Assembly: GCA_963627445.1 (NCBI GenBank)
Contig: CAVGBM010000107.1
Location: forward strand, 1-63,948
Origin: Oscillospiraceae bacterium
GTDB taxonomy: Bacteria; Bacillota; Clostridia; Oscillospirales; Oscillospiraceae
Reading direction: 5' to 3'
Length of the DNA: 63,948 bases
Made by a program: the position numbers and the translations under genes. The notes under the pieces are model-generated. The model was not told the origin of the DNA. It did not search any database and saw only the letters and a program-made list of their open reading frames with translations. Positions 1-9,096 of the stretch are shown here, one piece after another. Every line of letters starts with the position of its first letter. The first letter of the stretch is position 1.

Positions 1-842
1 CGTATGCGCTCGGAAGCATCAAAAAGCAGCGAGGATGCATTTTCGATTATGTCGGCAGTCTCTCTTAAATCGTCGGCTATAACGGCCGCTCTGCCGATGA
101 GAGCGGAGGCTTCGTCGGTCAGCGACTGTGCGCTTTGGTCGGCAGCATACAAGGCATTATACGCACCGTCGAGTGCTTCGGTCAGTTTTTCGGAATTTCT
201 CAGAAGATCGCGCTTAGACGAAAGCTCGTCCTCCTCGCCGACCTTGAGCTGCGCCTTTTCAAGCTCATCGATCTGATACTGGAGGCTATCCGCCATGCGC
301 TCTTTCTCGATCTCGTCCATTGAAAGACGCTGTATTTCCTTTTTGCACGCCTTATAATCGGCGTATGCGGCCTTAAAACGCCCGATAGTCTCGCCGTAAT
401 CGCCGTAGCTATCGAGATATGCAAGGTGATTTGCCTCGTCCATGAGTTGTCTGCCGTCGTTTTGGCCGTGAATATCCAAAAGCAGCGCGCCCAGCTCACG
501 CAGCTGCGACACGGAAACGGGAACGCCGCACACACGGCAGCTGTTTTTGCCTTCCGCACTTATCCTGCGCTGAATGATTATCTCATCCTCAGGCTCGATA
601 TCATTATCCTTAAGCCACTCGTCGGCATTGTTTGACTCAAAAACAGCAGAGACAAGCCCCTTGTCGACTCCTGTTCTCACGAGTTCGCGGCTCGTTCTTG
701 CGCCGAGCACAGCGCCGAGCGAGTCGACAATAATAGACTTACCTGCGCCGGTCTCGCCGGTGAGCACCGTCAGGCCCTTGCCAAATTCAATATCCGCTTT
801 TTCAATGACTGCTATGTTTTCTATATGCAGCTGTGTAAGCAT
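1..842 (-). CDS. recN: DNA repair protein RecN, N-terminal ~280 codons (rest lies beyond window start)
   Basis: My reverse translation from ATG at 842 gives MLTQLHIENIAVIEKADIEFGKGLTVLTGETGAGKSIIVDS (SMC-type Walker A). An AGAGGA RBS lies just upstream. It is missing from the ORF track only because no stop codon falls in the window. The argR-recN order is conserved. Confidence 0.9.
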   Translation of the reverse strand, partial: MLTQLHIENIAVIEKADIEFGKGLTVLTGETGAGKSIIVDSLGAVLGARTSRELVRTGVDKGLVSAVFESNNADEWLKDNDIEPEDEIIIQRRISAEGKNSCRVCGVPVSVSQLRELGALLLDIHGQNDGRQLMDEANHLAYLDSYGDYGETIGRFKAAYADYKACKKEIQRLSMDEIEKERMADSLQYQIDELEKAQLKVGEEDELSSKRDLLRNSEKLTEALDGAYNALYAADQSAQSLTDEASALIGRAAVIADDLRETADIIENASSLLFDASERI

Positions 843-855
843 ATCAGTTCCTCTT

Positions 856-1305
856 TTAGATCATGTCGTCTATCTCGTGGCAGAAGTCCTCGGCCGCCTT
901 GTTGCTGACCATCGCCAAAAACGCGGTATCATCGCCCGCAAGCGTTCCGGCAAGGGTCTCAATGTGCATATTATCAAGCGTTGCGCAGGCTGCGTTTGCA
1001 AGGCCGGGCAGCGTTTTTATAACGATGATATTCTGCGCAACAGTGTACGAGGTAACGCTTTCACGGAATATCTTACGCAGTCTCTGCTCATGGTCGTTGT
1101 TCTTGGATTTGCCGCTTACGGCATAATGGTGCCTGCCGTTTGCGCCAAGCTCCTTAACAAGGTGCAGATCCTTGATATCCCTTGACAGCGTTGCCTGTGT
1201 GCTGGTTATGCCGTGCTCGGCAAGCGCATCTATAAGCTGCGCCTGCGTTTCGATCTCCTGCTCGGTTATTATCTGCAATATCACATTTTGTCTGGTATTT
1301 TTCAT
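856..1305 (-). CDS. argR: arginine repressor ArgR/AhrC
   Basis: ORF 856..1356 trimmed to ATG 1305 (MKNTRQNVILQII...), which has a GGGGAG RBS. It has a winged-helix N-domain and the C-terminal GTLAGDDT motif. Confidence 0.9.
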   Translation of the reverse strand: MKNTRQNVILQIITEQEIETQAQLIDALAEHGITSTQATLSRDIKDLHLVKELGANGRHHYAVSGKSKNNDHEQRLRKIFRESVTSYTVAQNIIVIKTLPGLANAACATLDNMHIETLAGTLAGDDTAFLAMVSNKAAEDFCHEIDDMI

Positions 1306-1315
1306 TCCGTCTCCC

Positions 1316-2182
1316 CTATCGATTCTTATACAGCAGCTTGTCAAAGGTAGAATCATAAAAGCTGCTCAGACCCATGTGGACAAGATTTGCGACTTTTTTT
1401 GACTGGCGCACCGTGACGATATCATCGTTAGCAAGATCCATGCCCTTTGCGCCGTCGATCGCAACATAAGCCCTGCGGTCATGTATCTTTTCAGCCTTGA
1501 CAGTGACCTTCCTGTCAGGCCCGAGGACAAAGGTCTTCGCTCCCATAACATGCGCGCAGATAGGCGACACGATAAAATTCTTTGCCTCAGGCTCGACTAT
1601 AGGCCCGCCTGCCGACATTGAGTAGCCGGTGGAGCCCGTCGGGGTCGCAACTATGATACCGTCGCCGGAAAAGGACACCATCATATCCCCGTCGCACCAT
1701 GCGGTGAGCTTGATACAATCGCCCATGCCGTGGATAACGACGTCGTTCAGACCGACATCGCTGTATATGACCTTACCATTGCGCTTAAGCTCAACATCTA
1801 TCATCATGCGGTGGCTGGAAACATAGTTTCCGGCAGCTGCGTCAAGGATCAGGTCAAGCTTTTCCGGCTCAAGCGGAGCCATAAAGCCTTTGGTTCCGAG
1901 GTTTATGCCGAGCATCGGCGTGTCGGTATGGTTAAGATACCTTGCCGCATGGAGCATCGTGCCGTCGCCGCCTATGACGATAAAGAGCGTTGCCTGTTTT
2001 GATACCGCTGACCAGTCGCTTATCTTTACATCTGCCGGTATGGCCTCGGGGTCATCTGCCCCGAAAACAGGGCATATCTCGGTTCTGTAGCCGTTATTTT
2101 CAAGCAAAGCCTTTGCTTTCAGCGTAAGCTCAAGTCCCGTATCTCTGAACGGATTGGGACACAAAACAATTAAATCTGGCAT
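1316..2182 (-). CDS. nadK: NAD(+) kinase
   Basis: ORF 1316..2251 trimmed to ATG 2182 (MPDLIVLCPNP...), preceded by AAGGAG. Carries the GGDGT motif (VIGGDGTMLHAAR) and ATPTGSTGYSMSAGGPIV. Confidence 0.92.
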   Translation of the reverse strand: MPDLIVLCPNPFRDTGLELTLKAKALLENNGYRTEICPVFGADDPEAIPADVKISDWSAVSKQATLFIVIGGDGTMLHAARYLNHTDTPMLGINLGTKGFMAPLEPEKLDLILDAAAGNYVSSHRMMIDVELKRNGKVIYSDVGLNDVVIHGMGDCIKLTAWCDGDMMVSFSGDGIIVATPTGSTGYSMSAGGPIVEPEAKNFIVSPICAHVMGAKTFVLGPDRKVTVKAEKIHDRRAYVAIDGAKGMDLANDDIVTVRQSKKVANLVHMGLSSFYDSTFDKLLYKNR

Positions 2183-2192
2183 ATTCTGCTCC

Positions 2193-2987
2193 TTAAAGGC
2201 TCTCATGCGAGGCTTCAACAACGGCCTCGGCGTCGATAACGCCCGCCTCATGCACGCCTTTTTTCATATAGCACAGGTACTCTCGATTGCCCTCGGGCCC
2301 CTTTATGGGCGAAAAATCGAGCCCCATGACCGTCATACCGACAGTCGGTGCGAAGTTCAGTACGCTCTCAATGACAGACAGATGCACCGACTTATCACGG
2401 ACAACGCCTTTTTTGCCTACCTCTTCCCTGCCCGCTTCAAACTGCGGCTTTATGAGGCACACGAGCTGCGCATCGTCCTTCAAAAGTGCGCAGACGGCAG
2501 GCAAAACGAGCTTTACCGATATAAACGACAGATCCATGGCGCAGATATCGAGGGGCTCTTGTATCTGCTCAGAGCCTATATAGCGGATATTAGTGCGCTC
2601 CATGTTGATAACTCGCTCATCGTTACGAAGGCTCCACGCAAGCTGGCCGTAGCCTACATCAACTGAGTAGACCTTGGCAGCACCGTTTTTTAAAAGCACA
2701 TCGGTAAAGCCGCCGGTCGAAGCTCCGCAATCGATGCACACCTTATCTTTTACATCTATCGGGAACACCTTCAGCGCCTTTTCAAGCTTCAGGCCGCCGC
2801 GGCTGACATAGGGCAAAGCCGTGCCTTTGACCTCGACCTTAACATCAGGCAAGACCTGCATCCCGGGCTTATCCGCGCGCTGGCCGTTGACAAACACAAG
2901 TCCGCTCATGACGGTCGTTTTGGCTCGCTCCCTGCTTTCGGCAAGGCCGAGGTCAAAAACCAGCTGATCCAATCTAATCTTCTTCAC
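2193..2987 (-). CDS. tlyA: TlyA-family rRNA (cytidine-2'-O)-methyltransferase
   Basis: N-terminal S4-like RNA-binding segment (RLDQLVFDLGLAESRERAK) plus an FtsJ-type SAM site (DCGASTGGFTD). Position between dxs and nadK is conserved. Confidence 0.88.
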   Translation of the reverse strand: MKKIRLDQLVFDLGLAESRERAKTTVMSGLVFVNGQRADKPGMQVLPDVKVEVKGTALPYVSRGGLKLEKALKVFPIDVKDKVCIDCGASTGGFTDVLLKNGAAKVYSVDVGYGQLAWSLRNDERVINMERTNIRYIGSEQIQEPLDICAMDLSFISVKLVLPAVCALLKDDAQLVCLIKPQFEAGREEVGKKGVVRDKSVHLSVIESVLNFAPTVGMTVMGLDFSPIKGPEGNREYLCYMKKGVHEAGVIDAEAVVEASHESL

Positions 2988-4828
2988 TTTGCACCTCTTA
3001 CAAGCGTGACCGCTTTTTTATAAAGAGTTTCGGTGTCAAGGCCGCAGTCCTTATAAAGCTCTGCGACAGTGCCGTGGGTGACGATGCCGTCGCCAAGCGT
3101 GCAAATGCTAGCACCGTCAAGGCAGATTCCGGCTTCCTCCGCCGCAACAAGCAGCATTTCGCCGATGCAACCGTGCTCGCACACATCCTCTGCAGTCAAG
3201 AGCTTCTTGGTCTTTCTGAGCGATGCAATGATCTCATCCGTGCACAGCGGCTTTATCTGCGATATCTTGATGACCTCAGACGAAATGCCGTCAGCTGCAA
3301 GCTTTTCAGAAAGCTCAAGCATCGTGTTTACCATCGTTCCATAGGTTGCAAGTGTTATATTGCTGCCATGCATGAGCACTTCTGTGCTGCCGGTGCTTAT
3401 CGCTTTATATGCGCCCTCGCCGCCGCGGGGGTATCTGATGGCAACGGGGCCGTCCATTTCGTTTATCGCCGTGTCGAGCATCTTTTCAAGCTCGGCAAAG
3501 CTTGCCGGGCACCACACCTGCATTCCCGGCACGGAGCACAGATAGTCGACATCAAAAACGCCGTGATGCGTCTCGCCGTCGCTGCCGACAAGTCCTGCTC
3601 TGTCAACGCAAAACACCACATGCAGGTTTAGCAGCGACACGTCGTGGATGAGCATGTCATACGCGCGCTGCAAAAAGCTTGAGTATATCGCGACGACCGG
3701 CACGAGTCCCTGCTTTGCCATGCCTGCCGCCATGGAAACGGCGTGCTGTTCGGCAATGCCGACATCGAAAAAGCGGTCAGGATACACTTCGGAAAACTCA
3801 TTCAATCCAGTTCCAGATGACATTGCGGCAGTTATGGCGACGATATTCTTGTTTTTCTCGGCAAGCTCAACAAGCTTGTGGCCAAAAACAGTGGAGAAGC
3901 AAGCGCCGCTTTTTTGAAGTTCGCCGGTCGCGGGGTCAAATTTGCCGACACCGTGGTATTTATCGGGATGCTTTTCGGCATAATCGCAGCCCTTGCCCTT
4001 AGTGGTCAGGACATGCACGAGGACGGTCGTTTTCATTTCCTTTGCCCAGCGGATAACGGTCTCAAGCTGCTCAACATCGTGCCCGTCAACAGGGCCGAGA
4101 TAATAAATGCCCATCGAATCGAACAGGTTTGACGGCAAAATCGACTTTTTGAGCGCTTCCTTGAGCTTATGGTTCATCTCATAAAGCGGCGTAATATTGC
4201 CGACGGTGCGGCGATACCAGCGCTTGAAGTTTATATACCCGGGCTTGATGCGCTCCCGCGACAGGAGCTTTGCCATACCGCCGACATTGGTGTTGATGGA
4301 CATACCGTTGTCGTTAAGAATAATGACCATAGGCTCATCGCAGCCACCGACATTTGCAAGCCCCTCATAGGCCAGTCCGCCCGTGAGCGCACCGTCGCCG
4401 ATAACGGCAACAACATCGTATTTTTCTTTTTTAATTGTCCTCGCTCTCGCCATTCCAAGCGCGAGCGAAACGGAATCGGAGGCGTGACCTGCGATAAAAG
4501 CGTCATCCGCCGCCTCATAAGGCTTTGGAAAGCCAGATATGCCGCCGTGGCAGCGAAGAGTGTTAAAGCAATCCCTGCGGCCGGTGATTATCTTATGAGC
4601 ATAGCTTTGATGCCCAACATCGAAAACAATCCTGTCTCTCGTGCTGTCGTACACTCTGTGCAATGCAACAGTGAGCTCGACCGTACCGAGATTGGATGCC
4701 AAGTGGCCACCGGTCTTGGAGACATTTTCTATTATAAACTGTCTCAGCTCCTCGCACAGCGGCTTAAGCTCATTTGCATCGAGCATCTTTATATCGTTCG
4801 ATGAATTAACTTTATTCAAAATATTCAA
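2984..4828 (-). CDS. dxs: 1-deoxy-D-xylulose-5-phosphate synthase
   Basis: Full-length 614-aa ORF with the TPP-binding motif GDGALTGGLAYEGLAN and a transketolase-like C-terminal half. Confidence 0.95.
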   Translation of the reverse strand: MNILNKVNSSNDIKMLDANELKPLCEELRQFIIENVSKTGGHLASNLGTVELTVALHRVYDSTRDRIVFDVGHQSYAHKIITGRRDCFNTLRCHGGISGFPKPYEAADDAFIAGHASDSVSLALGMARARTIKKEKYDVVAVIGDGALTGGLAYEGLANVGGCDEPMVIILNDNGMSINTNVGGMAKLLSRERIKPGYINFKRWYRRTVGNITPLYEMNHKLKEALKKSILPSNLFDSMGIYYLGPVDGHDVEQLETVIRWAKEMKTTVLVHVLTTKGKGCDYAEKHPDKYHGVGKFDPATGELQKSGACFSTVFGHKLVELAEKNKNIVAITAAMSSGTGLNEFSEVYPDRFFDVGIAEQHAVSMAAGMAKQGLVPVVAIYSSFLQRAYDMLIHDVSLLNLHVVFCVDRAGLVGSDGETHHGVFDVDYLCSVPGMQVWCPASFAELEKMLDTAINEMDGPVAIRYPRGGEGAYKAISTGSTEVLMHGSNITLATYGTMVNTMLELSEKLAADGISSEVIKISQIKPLCTDEIIASLRKTKKLLTAEDVCEHGCIGEMLLVAAEEAGICLDGASICTLGDGIVTHGTVAELYKDCGLDTETLYKKAVTLVRGAK

Positions 4829-4877
4829 AACAATGCCTCAATATATAACTATTTATTCGCATAATTTGCTATTTTAT

Positions 4878-4927
4878 ATAATAACAAACCACACCGAATA
4901 TTACAAGATGCAATCGGTGTGGTTTTT
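4878..4927 (-). terminator. rho-independent terminator after ispA (11-bp stem AACCACACCGA/TCGGTGTGGTT)
   Basis: Perfect 11-bp inverted repeat at 4887..4897 and 4914..4924, with T-rich tracts on both strands. It separates the ispA unit from dxs. Confidence 0.6.
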
Positions 4928-4941
4928 AAGTTTATTTACAA

Positions 4942-5808
4942 TTAAGCCATGCGGGTGACCATGGAATCGGCAAGGTCGCAGAGAAATGCGGTATCATCAA
5001 ACGCTTCATTGAGCACCGTTTTTGCTTGCTCGGTGAGCTTTTCTATCATTTTCATGCAGCGATCGGCACCGTAGAGCGCCATATAGGTGTTCTTGTGCTC
5101 CTGCGCATCCGAGCCGATGGGCTTGCCAAGCTGCTCGCTCGTGCTTATGACATCGAGCATATCGTCCCTTATCTGGAACGCAGCTCCGATGGCAGCGCCG
5201 AACATCGCAGCCGCCTCAAGCTGCTTATCGCTGCCGCCTGCTGCGGCAACGCCCATGGTGCAGGCAGCTATCAAAAGCGCGCCGGTCTTGCGGCTGTTTA
5301 TCTCGTCAAGCTCTTGCGCAGTGAGTATTTTATTCTCGCCTATCATATCAAGGAACTGACCGCCGCACATTCCGTCGGCACCCACAGCATCAGCAAGAAT
5401 GCGGGCGCACTCTGCTCTCGCTTCCGCGGGAAGCTCGCTGCGAAATATAGTGCCGAACGCTTCGGCTTGCAGGGCATCGCCCGCAAGGGTCGCCGTGCAT
5501 TCACCGTAAACAACATGGTTTGTCGGCTTGCCGCGGCGCAGGTCGTCGTTATCCATGCAGGGCAGGTCGTCATGTATAAGGCTGTAGGTGTGCAGCATCT
5601 CGATAGCGCATGCAGCCGGAAGTGTCTTTTCACAGTCACCGCCGCTTATTCTGCAAAACTCGAGTACGAGTATCGGCCTAATGCGCTTGCCGCCTGCGTT
5701 GAGGCTGTACCGCATGGACTCGAAAAGTCCTGCCTGCGGCATGTCATCGGCATGAAAATATTCAGCAAGCTTTGCGTCTATCAGTGTTTTATATTCTTTT
5801 AAAGTCAT
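4942..5808 (-). CDS. ispA: farnesyl/geranyl-diphosphate synthase (polyprenyl synthetase)
   Basis: ORF 4942..5907 trimmed to ATG 5808 (MTLKEYKTLIDAKL), 1 nt after the xseB stop. Both Asp-rich motifs are present (LIHDDLPCMDNDDLRRGKP and FQIRDDMLD). Confidence 0.9.
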   Translation of the reverse strand: MTLKEYKTLIDAKLAEYFHADDMPQAGLFESMRYSLNAGGKRIRPILVLEFCRISGGDCEKTLPAACAIEMLHTYSLIHDDLPCMDNDDLRRGKPTNHVVYGECTATLAGDALQAEAFGTIFRSELPAEARAECARILADAVGADGMCGGQFLDMIGENKILTAQELDEINSRKTGALLIAACTMGVAAAGGSDKQLEAAAMFGAAIGAAFQIRDDMLDVISTSEQLGKPIGSDAQEHKNTYMALYGADRCMKMIEKLTEQAKTVLNEAFDDTAFLCDLADSMVTRMA

Positions 5809-5809
5809 A

Positions 5810-6040
5810 TCAGTCTTTATCCTCAAACGGAAGCTCGATAGGCTCGCCGTCCGGGCCTTTCTTAAGCTTAACGACCATCTGCTCTGCCTCATTGAGCATG
5901 GCATCACAGCCGGTTATAAGGGCGGTACCCTCCTCAAACAGCTTGAGCGAATCGCTCAGAGGTGCGTCACCCTTTTCAAGCAGCTTCACTATCTCATCAA
6001 GCCTTGTTATCGACTGCTCAAAGCTCAGTTTATCACTCAT
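5810..6040 (-). CDS. xseB: exodeoxyribonuclease VII small subunit
   Basis: 76 aa from ATG 6040 (MSDKLSFEQSITRLDEIVKLLE...). The start overlaps the xseA stop by 8 nt. Confidence 0.88.
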   Translation of the reverse strand: MSDKLSFEQSITRLDEIVKLLEKGDAPLSDSLKLFEEGTALITGCDAMLNEAEQMVVKLKKGPDGEPIELPFEDKD

Positions 6041-7247
6041 GTTTTGTTTCCTCACTTTCCTCGACACGGCATTTTATAATGCCGTCGCTGACACTCAGCC
6101 TTATCCTATCATCGGGCTTTACTCTGCTTACGCTTCTCACGAGCTTGCCTCTATCGTCTGATGCAATAGCATATCCCCTGCTGAGCACCTTGAGCGGGCT
6201 CATTGCATCCAGGGATGCAGCCAGGCGTACAAATTCGCGCCGTTTGACCGAATTTGACCTGTCGGCAGCGGCAATAAACTTGTCCTTCATATAGTCAAGC
6301 TCGGCTCGTTTGCTGTCGACATACGCCATAGGCGTTTGCAGCACTCTGCGCTTTTTAAGCTCCTCCAGCTTCGATTCAAGCGTCGATATCTTCTTGCGCA
6401 TCGCCTGTGTGCGGCGGATACTCAGGTTATCAAGAAGCTCGCGAATGTCCCTCACGTTCGGGACGGCAAGCTCAGCCGCGTTTGACGGCGTTGACGCTCG
6501 CACATCGGCAACATAATCGGCAATAGTCACGTCCGGCTCGTGGCCTACGGCGGATATCACAGGAAGCTCGGACTCGTAAATCGCCCTCGCGACCCGTTCG
6601 TCATTAAACGCCCACAGATCTTCAATCGAGCCGCCGCCTCTGCCGGTGATTATGAGGTCCGCGACCTTATGTCGATTTGCGTATCTTATGGCGCCGACTA
6701 TCTCCGGCGGGGCTTCAACGCCCTGCACTCTCACAGGCAGTAGCACGACCTTAGTCATGGGCCAGCGCTGATCGAGTATCCTTATCATATCATGCACGGC
6801 CGCACCGGCGGATGAGGTTATGATAGCGATCTTTTTCGGGAACGGCGGGAGCTTTTTCTTGTGCTTCGGGTCAAACAGACCCTCGGCGGCGAGCTTTGCC
6901 TTGAGCTGCTCATAGGCAACCTGCAAGTCGCCCGTACCCTCGGGTATCAGATCGGTGCAGTAAAGCTGATACGCACCGTCACGTGGAAAGACCGATACAC
7001 GGCCAAAAGCAGTGACACCCATACCGCTCTCGGGTCGAAAGCGAAGCTTTGATGCACTGCTTTTGAACATAACGCACCTTAAACTGCTTTCCGAGTCTTT
7101 GAGCGTAAAATAATGATGCCCCGAGGGATAGATCTTGTAATTGGAAAGCTCCCCTCGGATGCAGACATTATTGAGCAGCGGCTCGCAGTCTATAAGCGTC
7201 TTTATTAAATTATTAAGCTCCGATACGGTCAGAGTTCTTTCGTTCAT
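6033..7247 (-). CDS. xseA: exodeoxyribonuclease VII large subunit
   Basis: 404 aa with an N-terminal OB fold (VSELNNLIKTLID...VCIRGELSN) and a catalytic core. Its start forms an ATGA overlap with the nusB stop. Confidence 0.93.
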   Translation of the reverse strand: MNERTLTVSELNNLIKTLIDCEPLLNNVCIRGELSNYKIYPSGHHYFTLKDSESSLRCVMFKSSASKLRFRPESGMGVTAFGRVSVFPRDGAYQLYCTDLIPEGTGDLQVAYEQLKAKLAAEGLFDPKHKKKLPPFPKKIAIITSSAGAAVHDMIRILDQRWPMTKVVLLPVRVQGVEAPPEIVGAIRYANRHKVADLIITGRGGGSIEDLWAFNDERVARAIYESELPVISAVGHEPDVTIADYVADVRASTPSNAAELAVPNVRDIRELLDNLSIRRTQAMRKKISTLESKLEELKKRRVLQTPMAYVDSKRAELDYMKDKFIAAADRSNSVKRREFVRLAASLDAMSPLKVLSRGYAIASDDRGKLVRSVSRVKPDDRIRLSVSDGIIKCRVEESEETKHE

Positions 7248-7723
7248 TCTTCCGTCTCCGCATTGACGGCAGCTTCTTCGCCGAGCTCGCCGCGCATAAA
7301 GCCGCCGAGAACACCGTTAACAAAAGCAACAGTCTCCGGCTCGTCATAGCCCTTTGCAAGCTCGACCGCTTCATTAATGGCGGCTGCGTTCGGGATATCG
7401 TCCATGTACAGCACTTCGCAAATTGCGCAGCGCATGACGGCGACGGCCGTTTTCGATATCCTGCCGAGCTTCCAGCCGTTTGAATACTCATTTATATAGT
7501 GGTCTATCTGCACCCTGTAATCCTCAACAAGGCTCGCGAGACGGATTATATAATCCATCTGCTTTTTCTCGGGATACTCGGCATACAGCTCGTACACATC
7601 AGCAAGCGTAGAGTAGTAATCCTTATCGAAAAACTCCTCAGCTATCTCCGCAACGGGTTTCCCGGTCTGAGCAGCGTAAAACCCAAGCTGTACTGCTATC
7701 TCTCTTGCAGTAGTTCTCTTCAT
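7244..7723 (-). CDS. nusB: transcription antitermination factor NusB
   Basis: 159 aa, MKRTTAREIAVQLGFY... The protein is helical like NusB and the context is conserved. Confidence 0.88.
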   Translation of the reverse strand: MKRTTAREIAVQLGFYAAQTGKPVAEIAEEFFDKDYYSTLADVYELYAEYPEKKQMDYIIRLASLVEDYRVQIDHYINEYSNGWKLGRISKTAVAVMRCAICEVLYMDDIPNAAAINEAVELAKGYDEPETVAFVNGVLGGFMRGELGEEAAVNAETEE

Positions 7724-7741
7724 CCTGTAACCCTCGTACGA

Positions 7742-8104
7742 TTACTTTTCAAAGGCTACGCCGGAGACATGGACATTGACCTCAGCCTTGTCGATGCCGG
7801 TTATAGCCTGAACAGCCTCGGTGACTGAGTTCTGAACTTCCTTTGCAACATTGACGATGTTGCAGCCGTAGCGAACGAGGATGACAGCGTCGACCTTGAT
7901 GGTGTCGTCAACTATCTGAACCTTAATGCCCTTGGACACGGTCTTGATGCCGATGAGCTCTGCAAGCTCAGCACCGGCGGTGTTGGAAATGCCGGCAACG
8001 CCGTCTATCTCGGTAATAGCGGTACGGACCATGGTGGAGATTACATCCTCGGAAATATTAATGCTGCCGTTTTCTGCTTTGCAGCTTATATAATTATCGC
8101 CCAT
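7742..8104 (-). CDS. asp23: Asp23/Gls24-family alkaline-shock envelope stress protein
   Basis: 120 aa with typical Asp23 segments (ISEDVISTMVRTAITEIDGVAG ... VNVHVSGV). Confidence 0.85.
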   Translation of the reverse strand: MGDNYISCKAENGSINISEDVISTMVRTAITEIDGVAGISNTAGAELAELIGIKTVSKGIKVQIVDDTIKVDAVILVRYGCNIVNVAKEVQNSVTEAVQAITGIDKAEVNVHVSGVAFEK

Positions 8105-8160
8105 TTTTATGCCTCCAAATAGATTTCATGATATTGTACCACATCACAACAAAAAAATAA

Positions 8161-8190
8161 AGTAAAAAAGACGGGAAAACCCGTCTTTTT
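8161..8190 (-). terminator. rho-independent terminator after spoIIIA operon
   Basis: GACGGG-N4-CCCGTC hairpin (8170..8185), followed on the minus strand by TTTTTT, immediately after the spoIIIAH stop. Confidence 0.75.
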
Positions 8191-8730
8191 ATGCTGAGAT
8201 CTCGATTATATTAAGCTGCGCTGCTTTATAATCCGTTTCCGAGGTCACCGTTTCGGTTATTCTTGCGACTGCCGCTTCGCTGAGGCCGTCGGCAGGTGCG
8301 GGCACGGCAACTGTTATCTTATCCTCGCTCATGTACACGACGCAGTCGGTAAAATCCTTTGCGATCAGCTTGTTTTCAAGCTGAGTTTCGCTCATGGAGT
8401 AGTTTGCCATGGCGGATATCGACTTCATTGCCGCGTCTATAGTTTCCTTTGAAGCACCGTCCTTTTTGGACGCTTCCTCAAGGAGCTCATTGCTTCCTCA
8501 CGGGAGACCTGACGGTTGAGCCTTGCTTCGGCAAAGTAGCCGGAGGAGCTTCCCTTTGTGTTGGCCGCTTCATATGCCTCATCGGCAGCCTTCATCGCCG
8601 CATCCTCGGCCTTGACCATTGCTGCATCCGCCTCGCCCCATCGGTTATTATATGACCAATTTAGATATACCGCCGCACACACAAGCAGCAGCACGGATGC
8701 TATCGTAATGTTTCTTTTGATATTCTTCAT
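8189..8730 (-). pseudogene. spoIIIAH: stage III sporulation protein AH, interrupted by a 1-nt frameshift (two ORFs 8437..8730 and 8189..8428)
   Basis: The N-terminal ORF has the membrane anchor (ITIASVLLLVCAAVYLNW) and reads ...YFAEARLNRQVSREEA. A second frame is open from 8497 and reads SNELLEEASKKDGASKETIDAAMKS...DFTDCVVYMSEDKITVAVPA, the YscJ/FliF-like C-domain. The two frames overlap at 8437..8497. Confidence 0.75.
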
Positions 8731-8739
8731 TTTGCCCTC

Positions 8740-9096
8740 CTAATTTTGCCTCGTAATTAATACCTGTATCTCATCGCAGCCTAAGCCTGTGTAAGCCTCC
8801 ACGCTTTTTACAACGCTCAGCTTGACCTCAGGATCTGCTGCGCCGTCGCATACGACCACCGCACCGTGCTCGGATATCAGAACACTGGCATTTCCGACAC
8901 CACGGCTGCTTTCCAATATCGCAGCCAAGCGCTGCTCATCGTCGTTTAAACCGCTGTCGGAGCTGCTTTTGGCGCTGACGCTCGGGATAAGCAGCAGCAC
9001 CAGCCCCACTATCAGCACAATGAGCGGATATTTATACTTTGCAAGACTGTCCAAAACCTTTTTACTGTTCATTTGTTCTACACCACTTTTGATCAT
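8740..9096 (-). CDS. spoIIIAG: stage III sporulation protein AG (short form; alternative start ATG 9072)
   Basis: One TM (YPLIVLIVGLVLLLIP) followed by a compact alpha-beta-beta-alpha-beta segment (EQRLAAILESSRGVGNASVLISEHGAVVVCDGAADPEVKLSVVKSVEAYTGL..IQVLI). Operon position is between AF and AH. Confidence 0.75.
   Translation of the reverse strand: MIKSGVEQMNSKKVLDSLAKYKYPLIVLIVGLVLLLIPSVSAKSSSDSGLNDDEQRLAAILESSRGVGNASVLISEHGAVVVCDGAADPEVKLSVVKSVEAYTGLGCDEIQVLITRQN

Noticed and set aside
574-1185. 203-aa plus-strand ORF spanning the recN/argR junction, and other plus-strand ORFs in 4..635.
   Set aside because: The minus strand here encodes the unmistakable RecN N-terminus and ArgR. The plus-strand translations are low-complexity Ser/Leu/Pro-rich.
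1316-2251. N-terminal extensions given by the ORF track for several genes: nadK to 2251, ispA to 5907, xseB to 6067, argR to 1356, recD2 to 26975, gluQ from 31228, GH2 from 33166, SGNH from 14069, giant gene from 50776, and cdsA from 58208.
   Set aside because: The extensions overlap upstream genes or lack RBSs. Internal ATGs with good Shine-Dalgarno sequences give N-termini that match the family.
8498-8500. Possible TGA readthrough or selenocysteine explaining the split spoIIIAH.
   Set aside because: Upstream of this TGA the same frame reads nonsense (..AQPSGLP*), while a different frame carries the genuine N-terminal sequence. The break is therefore a frameshift, not a recoded stop.
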